The notes under the pieces: generated by a model
Databases searched by the model: none
What the model was told of the DNA's origin: nothing
What the model saw: only the letters and a program-made list of their open reading frames with translations
From: Candidatus Jordarchaeum sp. LHC_1308
GTDB lineage: Archaea > Asgardarchaeota > Jordiarchaeia > Jordiarchaeales > Freyrarchaeaceae
Assembly (NCBI GenBank): GCA_019057675.1
Contig: JAHLWX010000001.1
Location: forward strand, 8,797-72,796
Length of the DNA: 64,000 nucleotides
Direction of reading: 5' to 3'
Program-made: the position numbers and the translations under genes
Shown here: piece after piece, positions 1-8,698 of the stretch
Layout of the letters: each line of letters begins with the position of its first letter
Numbering within the stretch: position 1 is the first letter of the stretch

Positions 1-131
1 TAAGCGTCGGAGTCCTCTGCTCCGCTGAAAATAAAGAAGAAGTGCTTGCTAAATTCTTAGAGCTCGGGTGCGACGTGATAATTCCCACTCCAGACGAATT
101 ACCAAAAATAATAAGAGAGGTAAGAAGATGA
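1..131 (+). CDS. 3' end of an upstream gene (43 codons, product not identifiable)
   Basis: Frame 3 is open from the window edge to TGA at 129-131. The stop overlaps the hisB ATG (ATGA), suggesting translational coupling with the his operon. Confidence 0.35.
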   Translation, partial: SVGVLCSAENKEEVLAKFLELGCDVIIPTPDELPKIIREVRR

Positions 132-703
132 GGGAGGCGTCGGTTAATAGGAAGACGACGGAAACGAACGTGAAAGTTAAAGTCAACTTAGATGGGGAAG
201 GGAAGGGAGAAGCAAACACGGGAATACGATTTCTAGATCATATGCTGAAAACTCTTTCAAAACACTCTCTAATCGACATCTCAGTAAGTGCAGAGGGGGA
301 TTTAGAGCACCACTTGATCGAGGATGTGGGGCTAACTTTGGGGGAAGCCATTCTAAAGGCTTTAGGAAACAAGGAGGGCGTATTCAGGTTTGGGAATAGC
401 TTAGTGCCCATGGATGACGCACTGGTCAGCGTGTCCCTAGACTGCGGAGGGAGACCACACGCAAAGGTGGATTTGAAGCTTGAAGGAGACGTTGAGGGGG
501 TTAATAAGCAGGATATAATTCACTTTTTCGTGTCGTTCGCTAATGCAGCAAGGATAAACCTCCACGTTAACGCTGTTTATGGCGAAAACGACCACCACAA
601 GGTTGAAGCAGCTTTTAAAGCTCTAGCCATAGCGCTAAGGAAAGCGGTAGAAGTAGACCCTCGGAGAGGAAGGGAGATACCAAGCGTTAAGGGAGGACTC
701 TAA
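128..703 (+). CDS. hisB: imidazoleglycerol-phosphate dehydratase
   Basis: ORF 68-703. Internal ATG at 128 follows GAGAGGT. Motifs 'RKTTETNVKVKVNLDG', 'LEHHLIEDVG' and 'GENDHHKVEAAFKA' are typical IGPD histidine-rich motifs. First gene of a hisBHAF-IE order. Confidence 0.9.
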   Translation: MREASVNRKTTETNVKVKVNLDGEGKGEANTGIRFLDHMLKTLSKHSLIDISVSAEGDLEHHLIEDVGLTLGEAILKALGNKEGVFRFGNSLVPMDDALVSVSLDCGGRPHAKVDLKLEGDVEGVNKQDIIHFFVSFANAARINLHVNAVYGENDHHKVEAAFKALAIALRKAVEVDPRRGREIPSVKGGL

Positions 704-709
704 GAGAAA

Positions 710-1318
710 ATGATATGCGTAGTGGATTACGGTGTTGGAAACCTGAGAAGCATAACTAGAGGGCTTGAAAAAGCTGGCGCTACAGTTAAGTTGACAACAA
801 GAATAGAAGATGTTCGGAGCGCTGAAGCAGTAGTTCTCCCAGGAGTTGGGGCGTTTAAGGACGCCATGGAGAAAATGCAACCCCTAAAGGAGGCGCTCCT
901 TCAAGAGGTGAAAAATGGAAAGCTCATGTTAGGTATCTGCCTTGGACTTCAAGTTCTATTTGAGGAAAGTGCCGAGGGGGGAAACTACGAGGGGCTCGCC
1001 TTAATTAAGGGGCACGTTGCTAGGCTTCCAAGCCACGTTAAGGTCCCCCACATCGGATGGAACACAATAAAAATTAGGAGGGAAAATCCCCTACTTGAGG
1101 GGATAAACAATGGTGCTTACATGTACTTTGTTCATTCGTACTATGCTATCCCAACTAACGAGGAAGTCATAGTTGCCACGACAAACTATGGCGTGGAGTT
1201 CCCCTCAGTTATATGTAACGGAAACATTTTTGCCACGCAGTTTCACCCTGAAAAGTCGGGAGAGGCAGGATTAAAAGTTCTGAGAAACTTCGTAGCAATA
1301 GTCAAGGAGGCGGTATAA
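710..1318 (+). CDS. hisH: imidazole glycerol phosphate synthase, glutamine amidotransferase subunit
   Basis: Class I GATase signatures 'LPGVGAF', nucleophile elbow 'GICLGLQ' and 'QFHPEKS'. Operon context. Confidence 0.92.
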   Translation: MICVVDYGVGNLRSITRGLEKAGATVKLTTRIEDVRSAEAVVLPGVGAFKDAMEKMQPLKEALLQEVKNGKLMLGICLGLQVLFEESAEGGNYEGLALIKGHVARLPSHVKVPHIGWNTIKIRRENPLLEGINNGAYMYFVHSYYAIPTNEEVIVATTNYGVEFPSVICNGNIFATQFHPEKSGEAGLKVLRNFVAIVKEAV

Positions 1319-2037
1319 TGCTCGTGATGCCTTCAGTAGACATACTTGGAGGAAAATGTGTTAGGTTAACTGAGGGAAAACTTGGTAGCGAGGAAATCTT
1401 CTTCGACGATCCACTCCAAGCAGCTCTCTACTGGGAAAAGGAGGGGGCGGACGCCCTCCATGTTGTAGACCTAGACGGAGCTCTGAGGAGGGGGGAAAAC
1501 CTGAGGCACGTAGAGAGGATAGTTAAAAGCGTATCAATCGACGTGGAAGTTGGAGGGGGGTTAAGGAGCGCCGACACCGCAATAAGGGTATACCTAATGG
1601 GGGCTGAGCGAGTTATACTGGGTTCACTTGCAGTTAGAGATCCTGCCTCCGTGGAAAAGATAATTGATGAAATAGGGAAAGAACACGTCATGGTGGCTCT
1701 CGACTATAAAAAGGGAGAGGTTATGATTGAAGGGTGGAGGAAGGAGGCCAGAAAAAGCCTGTACGACGCTGCACAAGAAATGAGGGACATTGGAGTAAAT
1801 TGGATTTTAGCCACTAACATTACACGAGACGGGACACTTATGGGGGCAGATACTGAAACAATATCTAAGCTGGTAAAACGAGTTAGAGTGAACATCGTGG
1901 CTTCTGGAGGAATCAGAAGCATAGATGACGTCGCAGCTCTCAGAAAGACGGGAGCTAAGGGCGTCGTTATAGGGAAAGCGCTCTACATGAGGTTCTTTTC
2001 CCTCAAGGAAGCGAAGAAGGTGGCGGGGGAATGCTGA
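1318..2037 (+). CDS. hisA: ProFAR isomerase
   Basis: '[13 protein letters not shown]', 'LHVVDLDGA', 'VGGGLR' and 'ASGGIRS' (beta/alpha)8 phosphate-binding motifs. ATG overlaps the hisH stop by 1 nt. Confidence 0.9.
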   Translation: MLVMPSVDILGGKCVRLTEGKLGSEEIFFDDPLQAALYWEKEGADALHVVDLDGALRRGENLRHVERIVKSVSIDVEVGGGLRSADTAIRVYLMGAERVILGSLAVRDPASVEKIIDEIGKEHVMVALDYKKGEVMIEGWRKEARKSLYDAAQEMRDIGVNWILATNITRDGTLMGADTETISKLVKRVRVNIVASGGIRSIDDVAALRKTGAKGVVIGKALYMRFFSLKEAKKVAGEC

Positions 2038-2846
2038 CGAAAAGGATCATACCTTGCCTTGACGTGAAGGATGGAAGAGTGGTTAAAGGAATTCAATTCA
2101 AGAACCTGAAGGACGCAGGAGACCCGCCCGAGCTAGCTCAGTTTTACGATGAACAAAACGCCGATGAACTCGTGTTCCTAGACATAACGGCGTCGAGCGA
2201 CAAGAGACGAATACTGATAGACGTCGTTGAAAGAACCGCCGATAGGGTCTTCATACCCTTCACGGTTGGAGGCGGGATAAGAAACTTAGATGACATAAGA
2301 GAGGTGCTATGTGCTGGAGCAGACAAGGTTGCGATAAACACGGCGGCAGTCAAAAATCCTGAAACAATAAGGGAAGCCGCCGAAAAATTCGGTAGCCAGT
2401 GCATAGTTTGTGCAATAGACGCAAAAAGAGTGAGGGCGAACGAAGGGTGTGAGGATAATGGCGATAAAATAGTTGTAGAAACCCCTGAAGGAAAATTTTG
2501 GTGGGAGGTCTACATCTACGGTGGGCGGACGCCGACGGGAATTGACGCCATAAAGTGGGCACGCATTGTCGAAGAACTGGGAGCAGGAGAAATACTGCTC
2601 ACAAGCATTGACTATGATGGAACAAAAAAGGGGTACGATATTCTCCTCACTAGAGAGGTATGCAAAAAAACCAGAATCCCGGTCATCGCTAGCGGAGGGG
2701 CAGGCAATCCGGAACATATATACCATGTTTTAACCGATGGAGAGGCGGATGCAGCACTAGCAGCGTCAATATTCCACTACGGCATCTATTCAATAAATGA
2801 CGTGAAAAAATACTTGCATGAAAAAGGAGTCCCTGTGAGGTTGTAA
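2031..2846 (+). CDS. hisF: imidazole glycerol phosphate synthase, cyclase subunit
   Basis: '[17 protein letters not shown]', 'PFTVGGGIR', '[15 protein letters not shown]' and 'ASGGAG'. Overlaps the hisA end by 7 nt. Confidence 0.93.
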   Translation: MLTKRIIPCLDVKDGRVVKGIQFKNLKDAGDPPELAQFYDEQNADELVFLDITASSDKRRILIDVVERTADRVFIPFTVGGGIRNLDDIREVLCAGADKVAINTAAVKNPETIREAAEKFGSQCIVCAIDAKRVRANEGCEDNGDKIVVETPEGKFWWEVYIYGGRTPTGIDAIKWARIVEELGAGEILLTSIDYDGTKKGYDILLTREVCKKTRIPVIASGGAGNPEHIYHVLTDGEADAALAASIFHYGIYSINDVKKYLHEKGVPVRL

Positions 2847-2848
2847 AA

Positions 2849-3529
2849 ATGGAGCCAAAGGAAGTCCTAGGGAAGCTTAACTTTGAGAAGGGAGGAGGAT
2901 TAATACCCGCAGTTGTCCAAGACATCAAAACAAAGGAAGTTCTAATGCTAGGCTACATGAACAAGGAAGCATTGGAAAAAACACTTACAACAGGCTTCAT
3001 GCACTACTACAGCAGGAGTAGAGGGAAATTATGGATGAAGGGAGAGGAGTCAGGACACTACCAGATGGTCCATGAAGCTTATTACGACTGCGACGGCGAC
3101 ACACTCCTCTTTAAAGTAGAGCAAGTGGAAGCATGCTGCCATGAAGGATACTATACTTGCTTCCACAACAAAATAATAAGCGACGCGCAATTCAACCGAA
3201 TATTTAACCCCGACGAAGTCTACGGGAAAGCAAAAATACTAGACGAAGTCTTTGGCGTAATAAAGAACCGCATAGAAAACCCCAAAAATGACTCTTACGT
3301 TTCAAGCCTAGTAAAGCAGGGAACTAACGCCGTAACACGAAAAGTCGGAGAAGAAGCCCTAGAACTCATCCTAGCAACAAAAGACCACGCCAAAGAAGAA
3401 GTAATAAACGAAGCCGCTGACTTACTATTTCACACTCTCATACTCTTAGCAGAAGAAAAAATAGAACTAGAAGAAATCTACAAAACATTAAAAGAAAGAA
3501 GAAGAACAAAAACTAATATACAGGAGTAA
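2849..3529 (+). CDS. hisI: bifunctional phosphoribosyl-AMP cyclohydrolase / phosphoribosyl-ATP pyrophosphatase
   Basis: N-terminal HisI motifs ('LIPAVVQD', 'YYSRSRGKLWMKGEESGH', 'DCDGDTLL'). C-terminal HisE-like helical part ('EEALELILA', 'EAADLLFHTLILL'). Confidence 0.88.
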   Translation: MEPKEVLGKLNFEKGGGLIPAVVQDIKTKEVLMLGYMNKEALEKTLTTGFMHYYSRSRGKLWMKGEESGHYQMVHEAYYDCDGDTLLFKVEQVEACCHEGYYTCFHNKIISDAQFNRIFNPDEVYGKAKILDEVFGVIKNRIENPKNDSYVSSLVKQGTNAVTRKVGEEALELILATKDHAKEEVINEAADLLFHTLILLAEEKIELEEIYKTLKERRRTKTNIQE

Positions 3530-4445
3530 CCCAGTGCTCATATTTCGGATTCTTACCCAACGTGACCTCTGAAAAAGCCTTCTGAAGCTTCCTTGTGATA
3601 GGCCCAGGCTTCCCGTTACCTATAGTTATCCTGTCGATCTCGACGACCGGCGTGAGCTCGCCCGCCGTACCCGTAATGAAAACTTCATCCATACCATAAA
3701 GCTCAGCACGAGTAATATCCCTCTCAACCACGTTTATCCCAAGCTCTTCCCTAGCAAGCGTAATCACGGTGTCACGTGTGATCCCCCTAAGAATAGACGC
3801 ATAAAGAGGCGGAGTAATAAGCTCTCCATTCTTAACCGCGAAGAGATTCTCACCGGACCCCTCAGCTACAAATCCTCGATGATCTAAGAACAGCGCTTCA
3901 TCAAAGCCATGCTCAACCGCCTCAAGCTTAGCCAGAATACTGTTAATGTACTGCCCGCACGCCTTAACCTCGGGAGGCAAAGCCCTAGGAGAAATTCTCT
4001 CCCAAGAAGAAAACATGCAACGAACACCCTTCTCAAGCGCCTCAGGACCCAAATAACGTCCAAACGGAACAACATAAACTGCAGCCTCGACTGGAACCCT
4101 AACAGGATTCAAACCCAAAGGACCATAACCTCTAAACACAATGGGTCGAATATAAACAGTCTCATGAAAATTATTTCGTCTAACAAGCTCCACAATAACA
4201 TTACAGATCTCATCCCTACTATAGGGCACCTCCATCCTGTAAACCCTAGCCGAGTAAAACAACCGATCGATGTGCTCACGCAACCTAAAAATCAAAACAT
4301 TACCATCTTCAGTCCCATACCCCCTAATCCCCTCAAAAACACCACTACCATAATGCAAAGCATGAGTCTTAATATGAACCACGGCATCATCCCATCTGAC
4401 GAACTGCCCATTCAACCAACAATAATCAGCACGCTCCTCAGACAT
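3513..4445 (-). CDS. ilvE: branched-chain amino acid aminotransferase (fold type IV)
   Basis: 'WLNGQFVRWDDAVVH', 'HYGSGVFEGIR' and 'GSGENLF'. Start placed at ATG 4445 because GGAGGTGG lies just upstream. The ORF extends to 4463. Confidence 0.85.
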   Translation of the reverse strand: MSEERADYCWLNGQFVRWDDAVVHIKTHALHYGSGVFEGIRGYGTEDGNVLIFRLREHIDRLFYSARVYRMEVPYSRDEICNVIVELVRRNNFHETVYIRPIVFRGYGPLGLNPVRVPVEAAVYVVPFGRYLGPEALEKGVRCMFSSWERISPRALPPEVKACGQYINSILAKLEAVEHGFDEALFLDHRGFVAEGSGENLFAVKNGELITPPLYASILRGITRDTVITLAREELGINVVERDITRAELYGMDEVFITGTAGELTPVVEIDRITIGNGKPGPITRKLQKAFSEVTLGKNPKYEHWVTPVY

Positions 4446-5887
4446 ACAAAACGCCACCTCCAAAGCATTCTCTTACAAAAATGAAATAAAACAGTAAATA
4501 TAAGCATTAACCCTTATAAAAAAACCAGTGTTGTCAAGTTAAGGCGCCTCTCATCACTAGAGTTGCAGCCCCTGTCGTACTCTTGACGCAACTTTCACTC
4601 AAAAGCATCGATAACCTCTCTCTAACTAGAGCCACGAAGAGCCACAGACCCCCAAGTGTTATGTGGAGAACTGTTTCTTTTGGACTCAACTTTCTCAATA
4701 AATTTCTCACGCTCATAAGTTAGATGTGGAAGTAGCAACTCAAAAAATATTTAAACTGATAGCGGCACGACAAAGCCAACTTTCATCTCAAAAAGAAACA
4801 CTCCAGTTAATAATGAAGGAAGTGTTTTTCCTTACAAGTCCCTTCCAGCTTCAATCCCGCCCACTTTATGGAACTTAGGTTCATGTTTGGGCTCTAAAAT
4901 TCTTCGAAGATCCTATCCACTCCTTGAAACAGTCTTCATCAGCCCGATGAGCCTCCAATAACATAACGTTTGTATTAACTTTTGACGCATGCCCCACGTC
5001 TTTTTAAACCAGAAGGCCGCTACGAACCCGCATAGAAAAAATCAACATCATCTAAATTACATATACAGCTCACCAGCCCCTCACCTTTCCTCCTCAAGGA
5101 TGGAACCTTATACTCTCTCCTATGGAGCTCATTTGAAAATATATCCGCAAAACTTGATCCTTATATATCGGCGCCTCCAAACCCGTACCACAAGCAAAAC
5201 ATTCACGAAAATGATAAGAGCACTCATAAAGAGTACTTGATGTAAACAGCATACTCATAAGAGCTGAGCTTCAAAATTCGAAGTTTCCCACAAAAATTTC
5301 AAACTAATCTTTAAGAGCTTTCTGAAGAGGCGCTCTCACCTTATCCAATATTTTTCAAATTTAAGTTCTAAGCAATCTACTCCCAAAACCAATCATATAA
5401 TTAACGATCTCCCTTCCAGCACAGCCATTATTGCAACAGAACTTATTTAAAAACAATGCCAAGTCACAGACTCCAACCATCAGAACTCACATAATAAAAC
5501 ATCGTCACTAAAAAGCAAAATACACCTAACGGAAAACTAGGTAAATACCACGACCGGAAATACTCCCTGAGGCGCTGAGGAGCATTTACATGCACCGCAA
5601 CAGGTAAATCCTAAACTTTCCTGTCAACCATAATGCTCGCCAAGTCAAAACTGGAAAACAACAACTCCACAAGTCCACCTGTAACTGTACATCGATCATC
5701 CGGCGGTTCCAATCTCTTCTCAATGCAAGCATAGTATTCGTAAACACTAGAGAGACTGCTGAATCCCTCGGATTAGGCATGATACCTTTTAACAAGGACT
5801 TCGAAGTTCGTGTTCATCACGGTTCACTATCTAAAGAAGTTAGAGATCAACTTTCTGTTCCCTCTAAAACCGGTAGAAGATAGAAAA

Positions 5888-6096
5888 TGGTGCTGGGGGA
5901 GGGAGTTCCAGCCAGCGGTCACGCCCGTGTCGGCCGTGACCAAGCACTTGAACCCTCGTAGCCGGATGCCCCATCTTTCTTTATTATCTGACCCCTTTCA
6001 TAGAAGGAAGACTATGAGTCCGGCTCCACTTTTGGGCGAGAGCAATCCATTCTAGTGCGACATGTAGCTAAGCCTACAAGTCTAGGAGACCCCAGC
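5888..6096 (-). tRNA. tRNA with anticodon CAU (elongator Met or Ile2), about three inserts, genomically encoded CCA
   Basis: Minus-strand read: acceptor GCTGGGG...CCCCAGC-A-CCA. Anticodon arm CCGGA-CTCATA[45-nt canonical 37/38 insert]A-TCCGG. T arm GAGGG-TTCAAG[~42 nt]T-CCCTC. About 45 extra nt sit in the D-loop region, which I could not fold unambiguously. Confidence 0.65.
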
Positions 6097-6120
6097 CATT
6101 ATATTCTCAACATGAGAATG

Positions 6121-6136
6121 GGTATTAAAATTTTTC
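6121..6136 (-). promoter_or_regulatory. candidate TATA/BRE element for tRNA(CAU)
   Basis: Minus-strand AAAAATTTTAATACCC lies about 25-40 nt upstream of tRNA position 1. Confidence 0.35.
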
Positions 6137-6802
6137 GTGAGCTTGTTTTGGTTGACAAGTCGGTTTTTTGGCCTTTTTTCCTTGACACTTATCGTAACAG
6201 CAGTGCTATTCTGAGAAAGCAAGCTCAGAAGATGTGTGGTTCTCCACCGTAATTTTTATTATTTTCTGGCCTAGTTTATGAGGTCGTTATGGTTCTTAAT
6301 TGTAGAGTGAGGTCATATGTGTGGAGCTTAGGTCGCAGTTAGGATGCAGAAGCTTCTGCATGAAGGGGGAGAATTTATTAGCTGATTGGTGACAGACCCA
6401 TGCACGCTGACAGGCTAACGGTTTTTGGCGACAGATGTTCAATATTAAAAGCGTACTCCGTAAGTAGTGTGATGCTCAGCCAGCTTTCTAACCGTCCTTT
6501 CCAGTTTATTGAGACATTACAGCGGCGATTCATCTTATTTAAAATGAAGAATTACCACTCCTACTTCTCGAAAAGTATTTTTCTGTTCTATTCCTAAAGG
6601 TGCAAAATTAAGTTGTCCAACTTATACTTAACAACTAAGATAGCAACTTGCAATAGTCACCAATAGAAGTCTTTCAGTTAATTTGAGGGCGAACTCGAGA
6701 GGATAGAAAATGAAGGATAGGAGAAAAATGTACGACTCTCTAAAAAATACGTCTAAAACCCAAGAAACAAAGGAAAACAAACAGCAACACAACAAAGGAT
6801 AG

Positions 6803-6970
6803 AGCCGCCGGAGGGAGTTCCGACGGGCAGCCAAAGGCGGTTACTTTAGGAGGCGGCTGCACCATTTGAACCCTCGACCAGCGGAGATTGCTCTGCCTGC
6901 GGGGGGCTTGGAGATTTACAATTGCGGTGCGTGGGGATGTCCGCTGCTCTGCCAGCTGAGCTACGGCGGC
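6803..6970 (-). tRNA. tRNA, tentatively Thr(UGU), with a 48-nt T-loop insert and about 47 extra nt around the anticodon loop
   Basis: Minus-strand read: GCCGCCG-TA-GCTC-AGCTGGCA-GAGC-A-GCGGA ... TCCGC-TGGTC-GAGGG-TTCAAA[48 nt]T-CCCTC-CGGCGGC-T. The only route I found to a 7-nt anticodon loop is C+TTGTAA, which implies two inserts of 17 and 30 nt. G1-C72, C2-G71 and discriminator U fit Thr. No CCA is encoded. Confidence 0.6.
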
Positions 6971-6993
6971 TCTATGTTGAGGATTTGTGTTTC

Positions 6994-7008
6994 TAGTTTT
7001 TAATTTTT
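6994..7008 (-). promoter_or_regulatory. candidate TATA element for the tRNA at 6803-6970
   Basis: Minus-strand AAAAATTAAAAACTA is centred about 30 nt upstream of tRNA position 1. Confidence 0.35.
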
Positions 7009-7058
7009 GTGGGGGCGTAAAAGTATGATAGAGGTTTGTTTGTGCGTTATGTGGTTGT

Positions 7059-7577
7059 TTAGGCCATCCATTTTTTGAGTTTGGCGAATACTCGGGCAAT
7101 TAGTTCGGCGTTTTCTTTGAATCTTGTTGTGTCTTCTCTTGAAAGAACTCTGACCTGGGCTGCGGGGGCTCCGGCTACGCTCGTTCTTGGGGGGATTACG
7201 GTGTTTTGGGCTACTATTGATCCTGGAGCAACTAATGCGCCTTCGCCTATTGTTGCGCCTTCGAATATTATTGCTCCGTCGCCGACGACTACTGTGTCAC
7301 CACAGTAGCAACCGTGCATGACTACGTTACTTCCTATTGTTGTGAAGTTTCCTATTATGACTGGAGCTGCTTCTGAGCGGGCGTGGATTATTGTTCCATC
7401 TTGTATGCTGGTGTAGCTTCCGATTTGAACTTTTCCGAAGTCTCCTCTTATGACGCAACCAGGCCATATGCTTGTATATTCACCTATTTCGACGTCGCCT
7501 ATTATTGTTGCTTGGGGGCTGACGAATGCGTTTTTGTGTATTTTTGGGTGTTTGCCCTGGAATTCTAATATGGGCAT
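7059..7577 (-). CDS. gamma-carbonic-anhydrase-like / hexapeptide-repeat (LbH) protein
   Basis: 'PKIHKNAFVSPQATIIGDVEIGEYTSIWPGCVIRGD' and repeated [LIV]-G-x4 hexapeptides. Start at internal ATG 7577 gives 173 aa, the same length as the paralogue at 23306-23827. Confidence 0.8.
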   Translation of the reverse strand: MPILEFQGKHPKIHKNAFVSPQATIIGDVEIGEYTSIWPGCVIRGDFGKVQIGSYTSIQDGTIIHARSEAAPVIIGNFTTIGSNVVMHGCYCGDTVVVGDGAIIFEGATIGEGALVAPGSIVAQNTVIPPRTSVAGAPAAQVRVLSREDTTRFKENAELIARVFAKLKKWMA

Positions 7578-7651
7578 TTTATTAGCCTCCATTAGCTGGC
7601 AGATTTTTCTTTGAGAAGGTGGGATTAAATATCTTTTTATTGAGTGAAGGT

Positions 7652-8698
7652 TTAGGGGGATATAAGTTCTTCGTGGCAGTAGAGTTTCCATTCGTGCTTG
7701 CATTTACAGTTGAGGTGTTGTAGTTGCTTCATGTTTTGAGTTATGGAGAATTTTTTCAGAGCAGCATCTATTTTCTTGTCGCATAGTCCGCAATTGTGTG
7801 GTCCTCTGGGTAGTCCTGAGGCTGTGGGGGTGCAGGTTAATGTGGCGTTGGCTTCCTCACGTGTGTCTAGGATTATTTTTACTAGGCTCCATAGCCAAGG
7901 TGGCCTGTAGTCTCCTTTTTTCCATAGGAGTTCTGTGAGGGTGCCTTTGTGAACGGTGCACGGGTTTAGGGATATGACGTCTACGTTCATTTTTGAGAGG
8001 TGTTTGATGGATCTTTCTACGTCAATTATTGCTTCGGCTTCTCTTAGGAGTGGGGGCTTGACTAGAAGGTACACTTTGATTCCTACTTCGAGGCGTGTTA
8101 GTATTTCTAAGCTGGCTTTGAATTCGTTTATGGAGAAGCCTTTGTTTATGATTGATCTAACCTTGTCGCTTGTTGATTCTAGTCCTATAGCGACTGTCAG
8201 CTGCTTCCCCTTGAGGGCGTTGATTGAGTCGCTTACGACGTCTTCGGTTATGAATTCGGGTCGGGACTCAACTATCACTTCCTCCACTCTGGTTTCACGT
8301 GACAAGAAGTAGAGTATTTCGTCTCTTACTTGTTTGGGGATTTCCCTTTCGTCGAAGAAGCTTCCTGACGTAAATATTTTCACGCTTATTGGCGGCGGGA
8401 CTGCCGCAAGTTTTTCGCAGGCTTGTTTTAAATGGTCGAGGATGATGGAAGGAGATGGAGTTGATGCAGATCCATCGTAGATGTATCCGCACATCGAGCA
8501 GCCGCCAGAGGTGAGAGCCCAACGGCATCCTGCTGTGGGCAAGATGACTACGAGGGCGTGTCCTTCTTTTCCGAGGACGCGGTCTGGTTCGACCCAGAAT
8601 TTGGAGGGTACGTGTTCAGGAGGCTTCCTCGATTTAAGGTGTTCCTCCCTTAGTTTGAGGGAGTAGCTTGAGATTAAGTGGTTCAGGCTGGTGCTCAT
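7652..8698 (-). CDS. raSEA: radical SAM enzyme for archaeosine formation (RaSEA-type)
   Basis: 'LPTAGCRWALTSGGCSMCGY' cluster motif of the TIGR01210-like radical SAM group. ATGA overlap with the arcS stop (8695-8698). Confidence 0.7.
   Translation of the reverse strand: MSTSLNHLISSYSLKLREEHLKSRKPPEHVPSKFWVEPDRVLGKEGHALVVILPTAGCRWALTSGGCSMCGYIYDGSASTPSPSIILDHLKQACEKLAAVPPPISVKIFTSGSFFDEREIPKQVRDEILYFLSRETRVEEVIVESRPEFITEDVVSDSINALKGKQLTVAIGLESTSDKVRSIINKGFSINEFKASLEILTRLEVGIKVYLLVKPPLLREAEAIIDVERSIKHLSKMNVDVISLNPCTVHKGTLTELLWKKGDYRPPWLWSLVKIILDTREEANATLTCTPTASGLPRGPHNCGLCDKKIDAALKKFSITQNMKQLQHLNCKCKHEWKLYCHEELISP

Noticed and set aside
3909-4484. A 191-aa plus-strand ORF antisense to ilvE. 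Similar long antisense ORFs occur at 2307-2726, 14463-14888, 45089-45649 and 55332-55895.
   Set aside because: These are shadow ORFs. The translations are low-complexity (S/T/P/L/N-rich) with no motifs, and each lies entirely inside a well-supported gene on the other strand.
4551-4557. C-box-like GTGATGA on the minus strand (also at 5814-5820), considered as C/D-box sRNA starts.
   Set aside because: No CTGA D box or internal C'/D' pair was found at the expected 50-70 nt spacing downstream.
4597-4611. The 15-nt exact match AAAAGCATCGATAAC is shared with 15207-15221; both copies lie in intergenic DNA.
   Set aside because: In a 64-kb window a chance 15-mer match (both orientations) is expected on the order of a few times. 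The flanks do not align, so there is no evidence for a repeat family.
5760-5790. The minus-strand segment AATCCGAGGGATTCAGC resembles part of the tRNA T-arm (CGAGGGTTCAA). It was considered as an att-type partial tRNA duplication.
   Set aside because: Only about 10 nt are similar, the T-loop is imperfect, there is no adjacent acceptor-stem match, and no integrase is present. This is insufficient for an integration-site call.
6344-6361. A perfect 18-bp palindrome, ATGCAGAAGCTTCTGCAT, between the two tRNA genes.
   Set aside because: It is a single occurrence. A 9+9 perfect palindrome is expected about 0.2 times in 64 kb, so it is not compelling alone, and no second copy or associated gene was found.
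6740-7099. A 119-aa minus-strand ORF, with neighbouring short ORFs at 5810-6252 and 6628-6834.
   Set aside because: They overlap the tRNA genes and their introns, and their composition is non-coding-like. The apparent ORFs result from the absence of stops in GC-rich tRNA sequence.
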